Source: an uncultured delta proteobacterium
Lineage (GTDB): Bacteria; Desulfobacterota; BSN033; UBA1163
Reading direction: 5' to 3'
Assembly (NCBI GenBank): GCA_963695895.1
Contig: CAVOIK010000011.1
Coordinates: 34,561-98,560 of the forward strand
Length of the DNA stretch: 64,000 bases
The position numbers and the translations under genes were made by a program. Under the pieces are notes generated by a model, which was not told the origin of the DNA, searched no databases, and worked only from the letters and a program-made list of their open reading frames with translations. Below, one piece after another: positions 21,058 through 30,334 of this stretch. Numbering within the stretch: position 1 is the stretch's first letter; each line of letters opens with the position of its first letter.

Positions 21058-21834
21058 ATGTTTGGAGGATTTATCTTTGATCTCGATGGGACGGTTTACC
21101 TGAGTGATCGTCTCATCCCGGGGGCAGACAAAGTCATCGGGCTACTCCGTGAAAAGAAGAAAAAGGTTGTTTTTCTTTCTAACAAACCGATTCAAACGCG
21201 GGAAGACTATGCAACCAAACTGACGCGACTCGGGATTCCCACAGCCCCTTCTGAAGTGGTCAATTCCACTCTGGTCATGATCAACTACCTCAAGAAACAT
21301 GCACCCAGGGCAAAGGTCTTTGTCGTGGGCGAAACGCCCTTCGTGGAAGAAGTAAAAAAGGCCGGATTTTCGATCACAGAGGAGCCCAAAGAGATTGACT
21401 ACGTGGTGGTGGCCTTCGATCGGACGTTTGACTACAAAAAGCTCAATATCTCGTACCAGGCGATCAAACTTGGAGCTCACTTTGTTGCGACGAACCCTGA
21501 CCGGACGTGCCCGGTGGAGGGAGGGGAGATCCCGGACTGCGCGGGGATGATTGCAGCCATTGAGGCCGTCACGCAGAAGAAGGTGGAGGTGATTGTTGGA
21601 AAACCTTCGCCCATCATCATCCAAACCGCCCTGGAGACCATGGGATTGAAACCCAAAGACTGCATCCTCATCGGAGACCGATTGGAGACCGACATCAAAA
21701 TGGGCAAAGATTCAGGGATCGCGACAGGCCTTGTCCTCACAGGCGTGACCCGGGAAGAGACTCTTAAAGAATCACCCATCCAGCCTGATTTTGTGTTTGG
21801 GAGCATTGCGGAGGTGAAGAACCTAGTTGTTTAA
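21058..21834 (+). CDS. HAD-IIA family phosphatase (NagD-like)
   Basis: FIFDLDGTVY motif I, SNK motif, and GDRLETDIKMG motif IV. Confidence 0.8.
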   Translation: MFGGFIFDLDGTVYLSDRLIPGADKVIGLLREKKKKVVFLSNKPIQTREDYATKLTRLGIPTAPSEVVNSTLVMINYLKKHAPRAKVFVVGETPFVEEVKKAGFSITEEPKEIDYVVVAFDRTFDYKKLNISYQAIKLGAHFVATNPDRTCPVEGGEIPDCAGMIAAIEAVTQKKVEVIVGKPSPIIIQTALETMGLKPKDCILIGDRLETDIKMGKDSGIATGLVLTGVTREETLKESPIQPDFVFGSIAEVKNLVV

Positions 21835-21852
21835 GACTGACAAAAGATGTTT

Positions 21853-22467
21853 CACCGCAGAGGCGCAGAGGACGCAGAGACGAGACTTTATCATTTGCCG
21901 GAGAGATACCGGCAAATGATAAGTTCACCCCTTTTGGGACAATCAGAATAGGACATTTTTTGCGAGAGTAGGATGGATAAGGATGAGCCTGAACGAGATT
22001 ACTGCAAGAGTCATCGGTGCCGCCATAGAGGTTCACATAGCCTTGGGACCAGGATTACTTGAATCGGCCTATGAAGAATGCCTCTCCCAAGAGTTGCAGC
22101 TAAGGGGTATCTCTTTTGAACGCCAGAAACCGCTTCCTGTCAAATACAAAGGTACTCGATTAGACTGTGGATATCGGCTCGATATGGTTGTAGAGGACAG
22201 GGTCATTTTGGAACTCAAGGCTTGTGATAGTATTGAAGAGATTCACAAAGCTCAGTTATTGACCTATTTGAGATTATCTGGTTTAAAACTGGGTCTAATT
22301 TTGAATTTCAATGTCCCGGTTATGAAGGAAGGTATCGTAAGGGTGGTCAATAATCTGGATGAGTGAACATGCGATTACCGAACTGTGGAAGCCTGTTTCG
22401 ATTTGGCGATATCTCCCGCCAAATCGAAAACAATTATCCCTCTGCGCTCTCGGCGCCTCTGCGGTGA
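21853..22467. mobile_element. IR-bounded 'caccgcagag' element carrying a GxxExxY gene
   Basis: Outer inverted repeats are caccgcagaggcgc (21853) and gcgcctctgcggtg (22454-22467). Each end is followed by an inner perfect hairpin, at about 21887-21922 and 22396-22430. Confidence 0.65.
21983..22366 (+). CDS. GxxExxY protein (PD-(D/E)XK-like family often found in 23S rRNA intervening sequences)
   Basis: LGPGLLESAYEECL contains the GxxExxY motif. The rest reads ...DMVVEDRVILELKA...AQLLTYLRLSGLKLGLILNF. Confidence 0.85.
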   Translation: MSLNEITARVIGAAIEVHIALGPGLLESAYEECLSQELQLRGISFERQKPLPVKYKGTRLDCGYRLDMVVEDRVILELKACDSIEEIHKAQLLTYLRLSGLKLGLILNFNVPVMKEGIVRVVNNLDE

Positions 22468-22478
22468 GAGACGTGTTG

Positions 22479-23687
22479 TCACCGTCGATCCAGGGCATCT
22501 CTTAGGATCTGAATCGGGTGCAACACTTCTAACCCTGTGAGATGGCGAATCTGCATCCGGCAGCCTTCGCAGTCGGAGAGGACGATCTCGGGTTTCAAGC
22601 GGGCGACAGCTTCTGCCAGATCCTTCCCAATCTCCTCAGAGATGTCATACTTCTCTTTCTTGAATCCGAACATCCCGCCAAGGCCACAGCAGTCCGCGTC
22701 AATGAAGTCAATCTCAAGCCCTGGGATGAGCCGGAGGAGCTCGAAAGCCGGGAATCCAATTCCGAGAGACCGGAGATGGCAGGGAGCAAAGTATGCGAGC
22801 TTTTTCGGGATCGACTTGAAATGGGTATTCAACGCTCCAGACCCATTCAAATTTCTGAGGAATTCGAAAAGATCGAACGTGTGTTGAGCGAGCTCCTCAG
22901 CTCCCGGAATGTGAAGGAGATGGCTGTACTCATGTTTGATCATGTTGCCGCAACTCGTTGAGGAAAAAACGATGTCCAGCCCCGAATTCACAGTTTTTGA
23001 AAGGGAAGGGACATTCCAGAGCCCCATTCTTCTGGCTTCTTTGAAGTCTCCGTTCCCGAGCATGGGAATTCCACAACACTTCTGAGGAGGAAGCACAACC
23101 TCAAAGCCGTTGGCCTCAAGAACCTGGACCGTGGCTTTTCCCACGTCCACCTCGTTCGTGTTGGCATAGCAGCCGTAGAAATAGGCGACCTTTTTTTCGC
23201 TTTTGAAACGGTGACCTCTGAACCACTGTCGAAAGGTGGGAGATTGGTATCCGGGAAGCTGCATTCTCTTGTCGATTCTGAAGAAGACGTCTAGAATCCA
23301 TTTCACCACGGAGTTTTGAAGCAGCGGATTGAGAATGGGCGAGAGAAAGGATGCAAGCCTGCCAAAGAGATAGATGTGCGTGAGAAGCCAGTCTCGGAGG
23401 GGTCTTCCCTTTTCATCCAGGTATTTGGCCTTGGCGATGAGGTTGAGCTCGGAGATATTGACTCCGGAGGAACAGACCATATCGCAGAGATGACATCCAA
23501 TGCAGAGGTCGATCCAACGATCAACAGAGGGTTCGTCTGATTTCCGGAATCGCTCCGCTCCAGGGCCTGCCTGCTTGGGCCCGGGAAAGAGAGGCGTGAC
23601 CCGCGCGACAGGGCAAATGGCCATGCAGGTTGCGCATCGCGTGCAGACATCCAGATTTCTTTTTGGCCACGTGGCTTCTTTTTTCAT
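22479..23687 (-). CDS. glpC: Anaerobic glycerol-3-phosphate dehydrogenase subunit C
   Basis: Two 4Fe-4S motifs (CTRCATCMAICP, CIGCHLCDMVC) and two CCG domains (CCG..., DCEGC). Confidence 0.85.
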   Translation of the reverse strand: MKKEATWPKRNLDVCTRCATCMAICPVARVTPLFPGPKQAGPGAERFRKSDEPSVDRWIDLCIGCHLCDMVCSSGVNISELNLIAKAKYLDEKGRPLRDWLLTHIYLFGRLASFLSPILNPLLQNSVVKWILDVFFRIDKRMQLPGYQSPTFRQWFRGHRFKSEKKVAYFYGCYANTNEVDVGKATVQVLEANGFEVVLPPQKCCGIPMLGNGDFKEARRMGLWNVPSLSKTVNSGLDIVFSSTSCGNMIKHEYSHLLHIPGAEELAQHTFDLFEFLRNLNGSGALNTHFKSIPKKLAYFAPCHLRSLGIGFPAFELLRLIPGLEIDFIDADCCGLGGMFGFKKEKYDISEEIGKDLAEAVARLKPEIVLSDCEGCRMQIRHLTGLEVLHPIQILRDALDRR

Positions 23688-23700
23688 AGTTTAAATCTTT

Positions 23701-23916
23701 CACCACAGAGACACAGAGAAAAGATCTTCGAACGCATTATTGACCTGGCGGGAGGTGCCGCCAGATCAATACTTTCAACCTTCGTGCAGAGGGAAGACCT
23801 TACATTCTTATTCTCTGTTGGAGCGTGGGTTTTTCATCCAGTCAGTGCCACCCGACGGGATGAAAGAAACCATCCATTCAATGGGTGTCCTCTGTGACCT
23901 CAGTGCCTCTGTGGTG
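23701..23916. repeat. IR-bounded 'caccacagag' element without a recognisable gene
   Basis: caccacagagacacagag at 23701 pairs with cctctgtgacctcagtgcctctgtggtg, which ends at 23916. It lies between glpC and glpB. Confidence 0.6.
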
Positions 23917-23923
23917 AGACGAT

Positions 23924-25144
23924 TTATGGGCTCTCCAATGCCTGCTTGGCAGCCATGTAACCCGTGCTGATCTCGATTCCTTCCCGGGACTTTTCCTTGA
24001 TCAGGTGGTGATGGCTCAACATGGAGCCGGCAATCCAGACGTTTTCCAAGATCCTCTCCCCTCTTTCGTCAACAGGTCGAAGGGATGAATCCGTGACAAC
24101 CCCTGCGTAATGGATGGGATGATCGTCGAAAAATGACCTTCCGAACCAATCGAGACGCGATGAGGGTTGTGACACGGGCAGGCTGAAAAGGGGTTCGTGA
24201 ATCCTCATCTCATCGGCCACGAGCCCGCCGCCGAGGAAACGACCCGTTGCAAGGATGAAGCGGTCGGCCGTGTGAACATTGGCTACGGGAGGATGGGATA
24301 CATGAATTCCTTCGCATCGTTTCCCCTTGAGAACAACCTTCGAGACAGGATAACCCATGAGAAATGATACGCCTTTTCTCAGTAGCCAATCTCTGAACGT
24401 GCTAAAAATCCTCTTCCCCGGTATAGATGGAGGAAGGGTGGGGATCTCGAAGACCTCAGTGCCGATGAGGTTTTCAAGGTCTCCTTTGATTGCCAATGGG
24501 TCATTCAATCCCAGAAGTGCCGGGAACCCGACGCGCACCTCTCCTCTCAGTTGTCTTTTTACTTCTTCCCCAATTCTCTTCCTAATGGAGTCCTTTTCAA
24601 GAAGTCTTGCGATCGCAGTCGCCGTCAATTCTCCGTGAGACGATCCCGAGAGGGAGAGGGTGATGGCACGACAATTCAAGGGATGTGCCAGATAATTGGC
24701 GTAGAAATCTTTGAACCCCTTGAAGCCGACGAAAAGGATTTCTCCCTGCCTCAATGAGTTCCCTGAGAGCATTGTATTGGGAACAAGGTAAGTGGAGCGG
24801 AATGTTCCTGTCGCTGTGAGGATGTCAGAGTTCTCGTCACCTTGAGACACGAAGGCGTAAGGACGAGTGAACAGCGATGAAAAAGAAATGAGAGCTCCGA
24901 GGATGTGTTCCACCCCCACTTTCCGATAAGGATGTTCGGGATGATCCTGCACCCATCGGGACAGACCCTCAGCCAGCTTCGTCCTTGCGGGTAAGGTCCC
25001 GAGGACATCAATCGTATTCGAGAAAAGGGCAAGGGCTCCCATCCCTTTTCCCACAAGGAGGACCTTCTTCCCCGCATCAACAGCTGTCTTTGCAGCCATG
25101 AGCCCAGAGAGTCCCGTCCCGATGATAATGAGGTCGTAATGCAT
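23924..25144 (-). CDS. glpB: Anaerobic glycerol-3-phosphate dehydrogenase subunit B
   Basis: N-terminal FAD fold YDLIIIGTGLSGLMAA, with GlpB-like length and gene context. Confidence 0.8.
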   Translation of the reverse strand: MHYDLIIIGTGLSGLMAAKTAVDAGKKVLLVGKGMGALALFSNTIDVLGTLPARTKLAEGLSRWVQDHPEHPYRKVGVEHILGALISFSSLFTRPYAFVSQGDENSDILTATGTFRSTYLVPNTMLSGNSLRQGEILFVGFKGFKDFYANYLAHPLNCRAITLSLSGSSHGELTATAIARLLEKDSIRKRIGEEVKRQLRGEVRVGFPALLGLNDPLAIKGDLENLIGTEVFEIPTLPPSIPGKRIFSTFRDWLLRKGVSFLMGYPVSKVVLKGKRCEGIHVSHPPVANVHTADRFILATGRFLGGGLVADEMRIHEPLFSLPVSQPSSRLDWFGRSFFDDHPIHYAGVVTDSSLRPVDERGERILENVWIAGSMLSHHHLIKEKSREGIEISTGYMAAKQALESP

Positions 25145-25162
25145 AGAATTAACGTGAAAAGG

Positions 25163-25292
25163 TTATTAAGTCATTGGTCATTAAGTCATTAAAACCATGA
25201 CCCACTCAAACCTCGCAATTCGGAACTGAATGACCCAATAACTCAATGACTCAATACCTAATGACCCAATGACCAATAACTCAATGACTACG
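25163..25292. repeat. Long imperfect hairpin of 7-8-nt tandem words (gtcattR / aatgacYc)
   Basis: The left arm is gtcattggtcattaagtcatt. The right arm is aatgacccaataactcaatgactcaat..., with aat recurring every 7-8 nt. It lies between glpB and glpA. Confidence 0.65.
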
Positions 25293-25317
25293 CAGATGGT
25301 CATTCTTAAGCAATCTG

Positions 25318-26832
25318 CTAAAGGTTAAACATCCCCTTATAGATAGACTCGAGAAGCTCCTCTTCTCTTATGGACGTGCCCCAGAGTATGGGGCGTCTTC
25401 CGCGCCATCTTTCCTCGAGAAACTTTTTCAGAACGTCAGTGGAGTCGCCTTCCGCGATGCCCAATTCGTGAAGGACGCCGAGTAAGCGAAAAACACAAAA
25501 ACCACCCTGACAGGTACCTTTCCCGAGGCGAGTCCGGTGAAGAATATCCTGGAGGTCTTTCATCTTCCCTTCGCTGAGAAAATCGTCCACCTCTTTCCTT
25601 TGGACCATTTCACAGTCGCAGAGGATTTCTCCTCGATCTTGGAAGAATTTTCGGAAGCGTTCTCTCAACCCCCTTGATTCATGGGCTCCCGGAAGAGGTT
25701 TGAGATGGGTGCTGCAGGGGACTTCGACTCCCATCTTGTTGCAAATGAGATCCACAGTTCTTTCAGCCATCAAGCGGTAGGTGACAAACTTGCCGCCGGT
25801 GATCGTGATCAAATGATGCAAGCCATCTTTCTGTCCGTGGTCAATCAGCGTGAACCCGCGGCTGATGGCGCGATCGTCTCCTTTTCCCGCGGATTGGACT
25901 AAAGGCCTGATCCCGGCATACGCCCGAATGAATCGGGTCTTGCTGATATCAGGGATCATTCTTTTTGTCTCTTGGATCAGCAACGAGACTTCGGCAGGGG
26001 TCACTTCAAAGTTCTCCACCTGATCGGCTTGGACCGAAGTGGTGCCTAGAATCGAGACCGTATCATTGGGAACGATGATGTCGCCATCTGAAGGTTTTCG
26101 ACACCGATTGATCACTCGTTGGCTCAATCTCTGGTTCGTAATTAACATCGATCCCTTGGATAAAGCCATCTCCAGACGGAGATTCACGAGACCGAGAACG
26201 GTGTTGACCCAGGCGCCGGTGGCATTGATGACGTAGGAAGGATAAATGGAATACTCCTCCCCAGAGGTCATTTCTTTTGCGAGGACCTTCTCTATTCTGT
26301 TCCCATGGGTCACAAAGGATGTGACGGCGGTATGAGGCAGGAATCTTACACCATGGGTTTCTGCATCTCGGATATTCTCCAGGATGAGGGTGAAGGGATC
26401 GATCGACCCGTCTGGAACCCTTACGGCTCCAAGAAGGTCGGGGTTAAGGCTGGGTTCCAATCCCAGGACTTCATCTCGGCTGAGTCGGGCTGATTCGATT
26501 CCTGCTTGTTCGCAGCCGCTGAGAAATCGGTCCTGAAAATCAAGACCATCTTCGGGAAGAGAGATAAAGAGACCCCCCGTTTCCTCCAAGCAATGAGGGG
26601 CGATTCGTTTGAGGACTCTATTTTCTTGAATACACTCGCGAGCCGCTTCGGGGTCCGTGACGACATATCTTCCTCCGCTATGGAGGAGACCATGGTTCCT
26701 TCCAGAGGCTCCGGAGGCAAAGTCCCCTTTCTCCAGCAGGAGGCAAGCAATTCCTCTCAGGGCCAAGTCCCTTGCAATTCCAGCTCCTGTTGCTCCACCT
26801 CCGATGACCAATACTTCAGTCCGTAGTTCCAT
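25318..26832 (-). CDS. glpA: Anaerobic glycerol-3-phosphate dehydrogenase subunit A
   Basis: VLVIGGGATGAGIARDLALRG FAD motif and GRNHGLLHSGGRY. The C-terminus is BFD-like 2Fe-2S (CDCEMV...CQGGFC). Confidence 0.88.
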   Translation of the reverse strand: MELRTEVLVIGGGATGAGIARDLALRGIACLLLEKGDFASGASGRNHGLLHSGGRYVVTDPEAARECIQENRVLKRIAPHCLEETGGLFISLPEDGLDFQDRFLSGCEQAGIESARLSRDEVLGLEPSLNPDLLGAVRVPDGSIDPFTLILENIRDAETHGVRFLPHTAVTSFVTHGNRIEKVLAKEMTSGEEYSIYPSYVINATGAWVNTVLGLVNLRLEMALSKGSMLITNQRLSQRVINRCRKPSDGDIIVPNDTVSILGTTSVQADQVENFEVTPAEVSLLIQETKRMIPDISKTRFIRAYAGIRPLVQSAGKGDDRAISRGFTLIDHGQKDGLHHLITITGGKFVTYRLMAERTVDLICNKMGVEVPCSTHLKPLPGAHESRGLRERFRKFFQDRGEILCDCEMVQRKEVDDFLSEGKMKDLQDILHRTRLGKGTCQGGFCVFRLLGVLHELGIAEGDSTDVLKKFLEERWRGRRPILWGTSIREEELLESIYKGMFNL

Positions 26833-26938
26833 TCAGGATTCCAGTCTGATTGAGTCCGAAGTATGGAAATTGAGTCTTGGCCCAACTTTTAGTGTCAAAT
26901 GCCAATGCCCAAATGTCAAATCTTCAAAATAGAATTTG

Positions 26939-27035
26939 CACCGCAGAGACGCCAAGGACGCAGAGAAGATCTATCCATCAGTCTATTCCTCTGCAATCTC
27001 CCTGCCTGCCGGCAGGCAGGAGCGTCTCTGCGGTG
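26939..27035. repeat. IR-bounded 'caccgcagag' mini-element enclosing the perfect 20-bp palindrome
   Basis: caccgcagagacgc...gcgtctctgcggtg, with cctgcctgccggcaggcagg at 27001-27020. Confidence 0.7.
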
Positions 27036-27077
27036 AACCGGGTTTGAATAGGATAAATGTTATTGGATTTGTGAAGA

Positions 27078-27710
27078 TCAGGTGGCCTTCATGATGATGT
27101 TGCAGATGATGTTGGCGGCATGGTCCCCTCGATCGGCGGCATTGCTGAGGTGTCTGTAGATCTCCCTCATCTTCAGCATGACGACAGTGTCCGTCTTCTT
27201 AAAAAGGTCGGCAAGAGCAGAGTGATAAGCTTTTTCCATGGCGTTTTCATAAAACTTCGCCTGGACGGCGTGTTCCCTGGCGATGCGGGGATAGTCTTTA
27301 ATGATTTTAATCGCGTCCTCGATTTCACGGGCGGCTTTCCTCAGAATATCGACCATCTCCCGGAGGTGATCATCGGGCGAGACTTCATAAATCTCCATTT
27401 CATCTACCGTCGTGTCGGCATAATCCACAATGTCATCGACCGCTCTCGACAGAGCGAAAATATCCTCGCGATCCATAGGGGGCGCAAAGCTCTGATGCAA
27501 TTTTTCAATCAAAGATCTTCGATGTTCGTCTGCTTCCTCTTCAATCTCCTTCACCCGTTTGGCATTCGTTGGTGAAGGTTCGATAACAAATTTCTGAAGC
27601 GCCTCAATCCCTTCGCGGGCCTTTGAGGCCTGATCGTGGAGTATTTTGTAAAAGTCTTCGTCCTTCTTCAGGAACTCTTCCAGCCCTGTTTTCTTCCCAA
27701 GCCAGCTCAT
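27078..27710 (-). CDS. DUF47 / PhoU-like phosphate-transport-regulator family protein
   Basis: 210 aa and helical. The DREDIFALSRAVDDIVD motif is typical of DUF47. Confidence 0.7.
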   Translation of the reverse strand: MSWLGKKTGLEEFLKKDEDFYKILHDQASKAREGIEALQKFVIEPSPTNAKRVKEIEEEADEHRRSLIEKLHQSFAPPMDREDIFALSRAVDDIVDYADTTVDEMEIYEVSPDDHLREMVDILRKAAREIEDAIKIIKDYPRIAREHAVQAKFYENAMEKAYHSALADLFKKTDTVVMLKMREIYRHLSNAADRGDHAANIICNIIMKAT

Positions 27711-27734
27711 GTTGCTTCTTCCCTTGTGGCCGGA

Positions 27735-27848
27735 GCGTGCCCCGCAGGTCCCGCCCTGGACGGCAGGGGCGCAATATCAACAATAAATCATTGCCGGGAA
27801 GCCCCGCGCTGTGCCTGCCTGCGGTAGGCAGGCGCCGGGAGCTTCAGT
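27735..27848 (+). repeat. Divergent variant of repeat family A
   Basis: gcgtgccccgcagg...aggggcgcaatatcaac...ccgggaagcccc...gcctgcctgcggtaggcaggc...gggagcttcag. Confidence 0.5.
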
Positions 27849-28041
27849 TTGCCTCTCTTGTAACGAGATTCCAGGACTTTGTCAAGCAGAAGGGACAACA
27901 GGCTACCCCCCCGGAGCCTTTCGTCTGAAACAAAAATTCCATACTTAAGAGTCTTGACATTTTGAGTGTGTTTCTTACAATGGGGTAACTTCTATCATCA
28001 GAGTTGACCGAAGATTCTGTGCCTGTTAGGAGGGAAAAGGA

Positions 28042-29181
28042 ATGGAAATGGATACTGCGCAGCCCCAGACCATTGAGAAATCCAGAAGTCTCCTCGATAC
28101 GATTCAGGTCGCGTTTCTGCTCACCGATTCCCACGCAAAGATTCTCCATGCCAATCACCATGCGGAATCTCTGTTCGGATACAAGACAGCAGAAATGCTG
28201 GGGCAACGGCTCCGAGTCCTTTTCCTGGAGGACGATCTGATTTATTTCCTCCCCAACATCATCTACCTGACCCTTTACAAGGATGGGTTTGACGGAGAGG
28301 CTCTTCTCAGACGAAAGGATGGGTCGAGGCTTTTTGTTCGTCTCTTCAGTACTTCGTTCAAAGAAGAGGGCGAAACATTCCTTACGTTTTCCATTCAGGA
28401 GATTCAGAGGCTTAAGAAACTGGAGAGAGAGAGATTGGAGTCGGAGCGATGGGAGAGTCTCGGAAGAATGGTTGAAGAAATTGCCCATCAGGTTCGCAAT
28501 CCTGTTGTCTCGATTGGGGGATACACGAAGCGTCTTCAAAAGGTCTTTCCATCCTCTCCCAAAGGCCAATCTTACCTTGAGCAGATCGTTCACGAGACGA
28601 ATAGACTTGAGACCATGATTCGACGTCTGGAAGAATATGTCCATATTCCGAAACCCATCTATGGAAGAGAGAACATGCACGAGGTTGTCGAAACGGCGCT
28701 TCAATTCTATTTCAAAGAAGCAACAGAACATGGGATTTCCATGACAGTTGAAACAAAGGGTGTTCGCGAGAATGGGTACCTGTTCATTGACAGAGACCTG
28801 GTCACACGGGCTTTTTCGCAAGTCATCAAGAACAGTCTCGAGGCAGTGATTCTGGGGTCCGTCGGAAAGCAGAGACGGGTGATTAACGTTGCCGTCTTTG
28901 GCGACTCAGAACACCTCGGGATCGCTGTGGTCGATAAGGGGCAAGGGATTTCCAAAAAGAATGTTGGCTTTGTATGTGAGCCGTTCTTCTCAACCCGGCC
29001 TGATCATGTGGGGTTGGGATTAACCCTCGTACGAAGGGTCATGGGAGAACATGGTGGAATCGTTCAGGTTGAAAGCAAATTGAAACAGTCGACCACAGTC
29101 ACCCTCCTATTTCCAAGAGATCGTCGTCGTAAGATCCGCCGAGAGCTCCTTTCCCCGGAAGCCGCGTCGACGCGGGATTGA
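28042..29181 (+). CDS. PAS-domain sensor histidine kinase
   Basis: A PAS-like N-terminus is followed by the HisKA H-box EEIAHQVRNPV and HATPase motifs (DKGQGIS, GLGLTLV). No response regulator gene lies next to it. Confidence 0.85.
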   Translation: MEMDTAQPQTIEKSRSLLDTIQVAFLLTDSHAKILHANHHAESLFGYKTAEMLGQRLRVLFLEDDLIYFLPNIIYLTLYKDGFDGEALLRRKDGSRLFVRLFSTSFKEEGETFLTFSIQEIQRLKKLERERLESERWESLGRMVEEIAHQVRNPVVSIGGYTKRLQKVFPSSPKGQSYLEQIVHETNRLETMIRRLEEYVHIPKPIYGRENMHEVVETALQFYFKEATEHGISMTVETKGVRENGYLFIDRDLVTRAFSQVIKNSLEAVILGSVGKQRRVINVAVFGDSEHLGIAVVDKGQGISKKNVGFVCEPFFSTRPDHVGLGLTLVRRVMGEHGGIVQVESKLKQSTTVTLLFPRDRRRKIRRELLSPEAASTRD

Positions 29182-29215
29182 TCGAGATTCGCCCGTTGAA
29201 TTCTCGATTGACCGG

Positions 29216-29369
29216 CAAGTGCCCCGTAAGCCCCGCCCTTGAGGGCCTGCCCTTAAAGGCCTGCCCTTAAAGGCAGGTCCCTGCCTACCGGCAGGCAGGA
29301 AGGGGCACAATATAAAAGGAAAGTACCTTACCGGGAAGTCACGCCCTTTAGGGCGTGGAGCTTCACTTG
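29216..29369 (+). repeat. MITE-like dispersed repeat, family A, copy 4 (with an internal duplication)
   Basis: Same ends and core as 7320-7446, plus the duplicated gcctgcccttaaaggcctgcccttaaaggcagg. Confidence 0.85.
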
Positions 29370-29505
29370 GGGTCCTTTTTCGTAAGAAAAGTTTCTGGAT
29401 CAGCAGAGGCCACTCAGAGTTGACATCCCGGGCACACGGGTTACAATATTCGGAGGGTTTTAGTCTTGGGGGAAGTGCGAAGGAGAGTCATTGAAAGGGT
29501 ATCCA

Positions 29506-30006
29506 ATGGAGAATGGATTGATTGAAGTGCAAGTGAAGGGTATCGTATTGGACCCCAAGGCCAATAACCCTGTGGTTGTTTTGGTCGACCTTGCCGGTGA
29601 GAGAGCGCTTCCCATTTGGATCGGGGTTTTTGAGGCCGAAGCCATCACAAGAGGTCTTGAGGACGTCGTCACCCTTCGGCCCATGACCCATGATCTCTTG
29701 AAACAAATTCTCGATACCTTTCAAGTTTCTCTAATCCGGGTCGTCATCCACGAGATTAAAGGAAACACGTACTACGCTAACCTCTATCTCAACATCGACG
29801 GAGAGGAGGTCGTCGTGGACAGCCGCCCGAGCGATGCCATTGCCCTCGCCGTGAGAATCAAAGCTCCCATCTATGTGGCAGAGTCTGTTATCTCGTCAAC
29901 AAAACAGATGGGAGTTTTGGCATCGGGCCTCTTGGAAGACGATGATGAGCTGAAATCCCTGATCTCAGACATGAACCCAGAGGATTTTGGAAAGTACAAG
30001 ATGTAA
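29506..30006 (+). CDS. Bifunctional nuclease family protein (DUF151/BFN domain)
   Basis: VVLVDLAGERALPIWIGVFEAEAI...RPMTHDLL...SRPSDAIALAVR is typical of DUF151. Confidence 0.8.
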   Translation: MENGLIEVQVKGIVLDPKANNPVVVLVDLAGERALPIWIGVFEAEAITRGLEDVVTLRPMTHDLLKQILDTFQVSLIRVVIHEIKGNTYYANLYLNIDGEEVVVDSRPSDAIALAVRIKAPIYVAESVISSTKQMGVLASGLLEDDDELKSLISDMNPEDFGKYKM

Positions 30007-30334
30007 ATTGAAACCCATCCCACACGAAGACTTCGCCTGAAGAAGTTCCAAGATCGTTTTCCTCTCCAAGTCACCCTGCTCTGTTGTATTTCTCTTCCGC
30101 GACCTTATTCAAAGCTAAGATTGAAAAGTTTGTCACAACGGTCGAAGCAGAAATTGGGCCTGCATCTTCGAGACATTCTCGCGCTATCACCCCCCGGTCA
30201 CCCCTTCGTCTGGAGATCCGCCGTACAGGGGTGCGGAGAAGACCACACTGGTCGGATCGCCACCTTTCACTGAAAGATTAAAGAAAATGAAATCTTTCAC
30301 TTGACAAATACTTTCGGACGGGATATGTATATTC

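Noticed and set aside
27844-28821. A 325-aa ORF on the minus strand
   Set aside because: It is antisense to the PAS histidine kinase, whose H-box and ATPase motifs are unambiguous. It has no recognisable motifs and no RBS.
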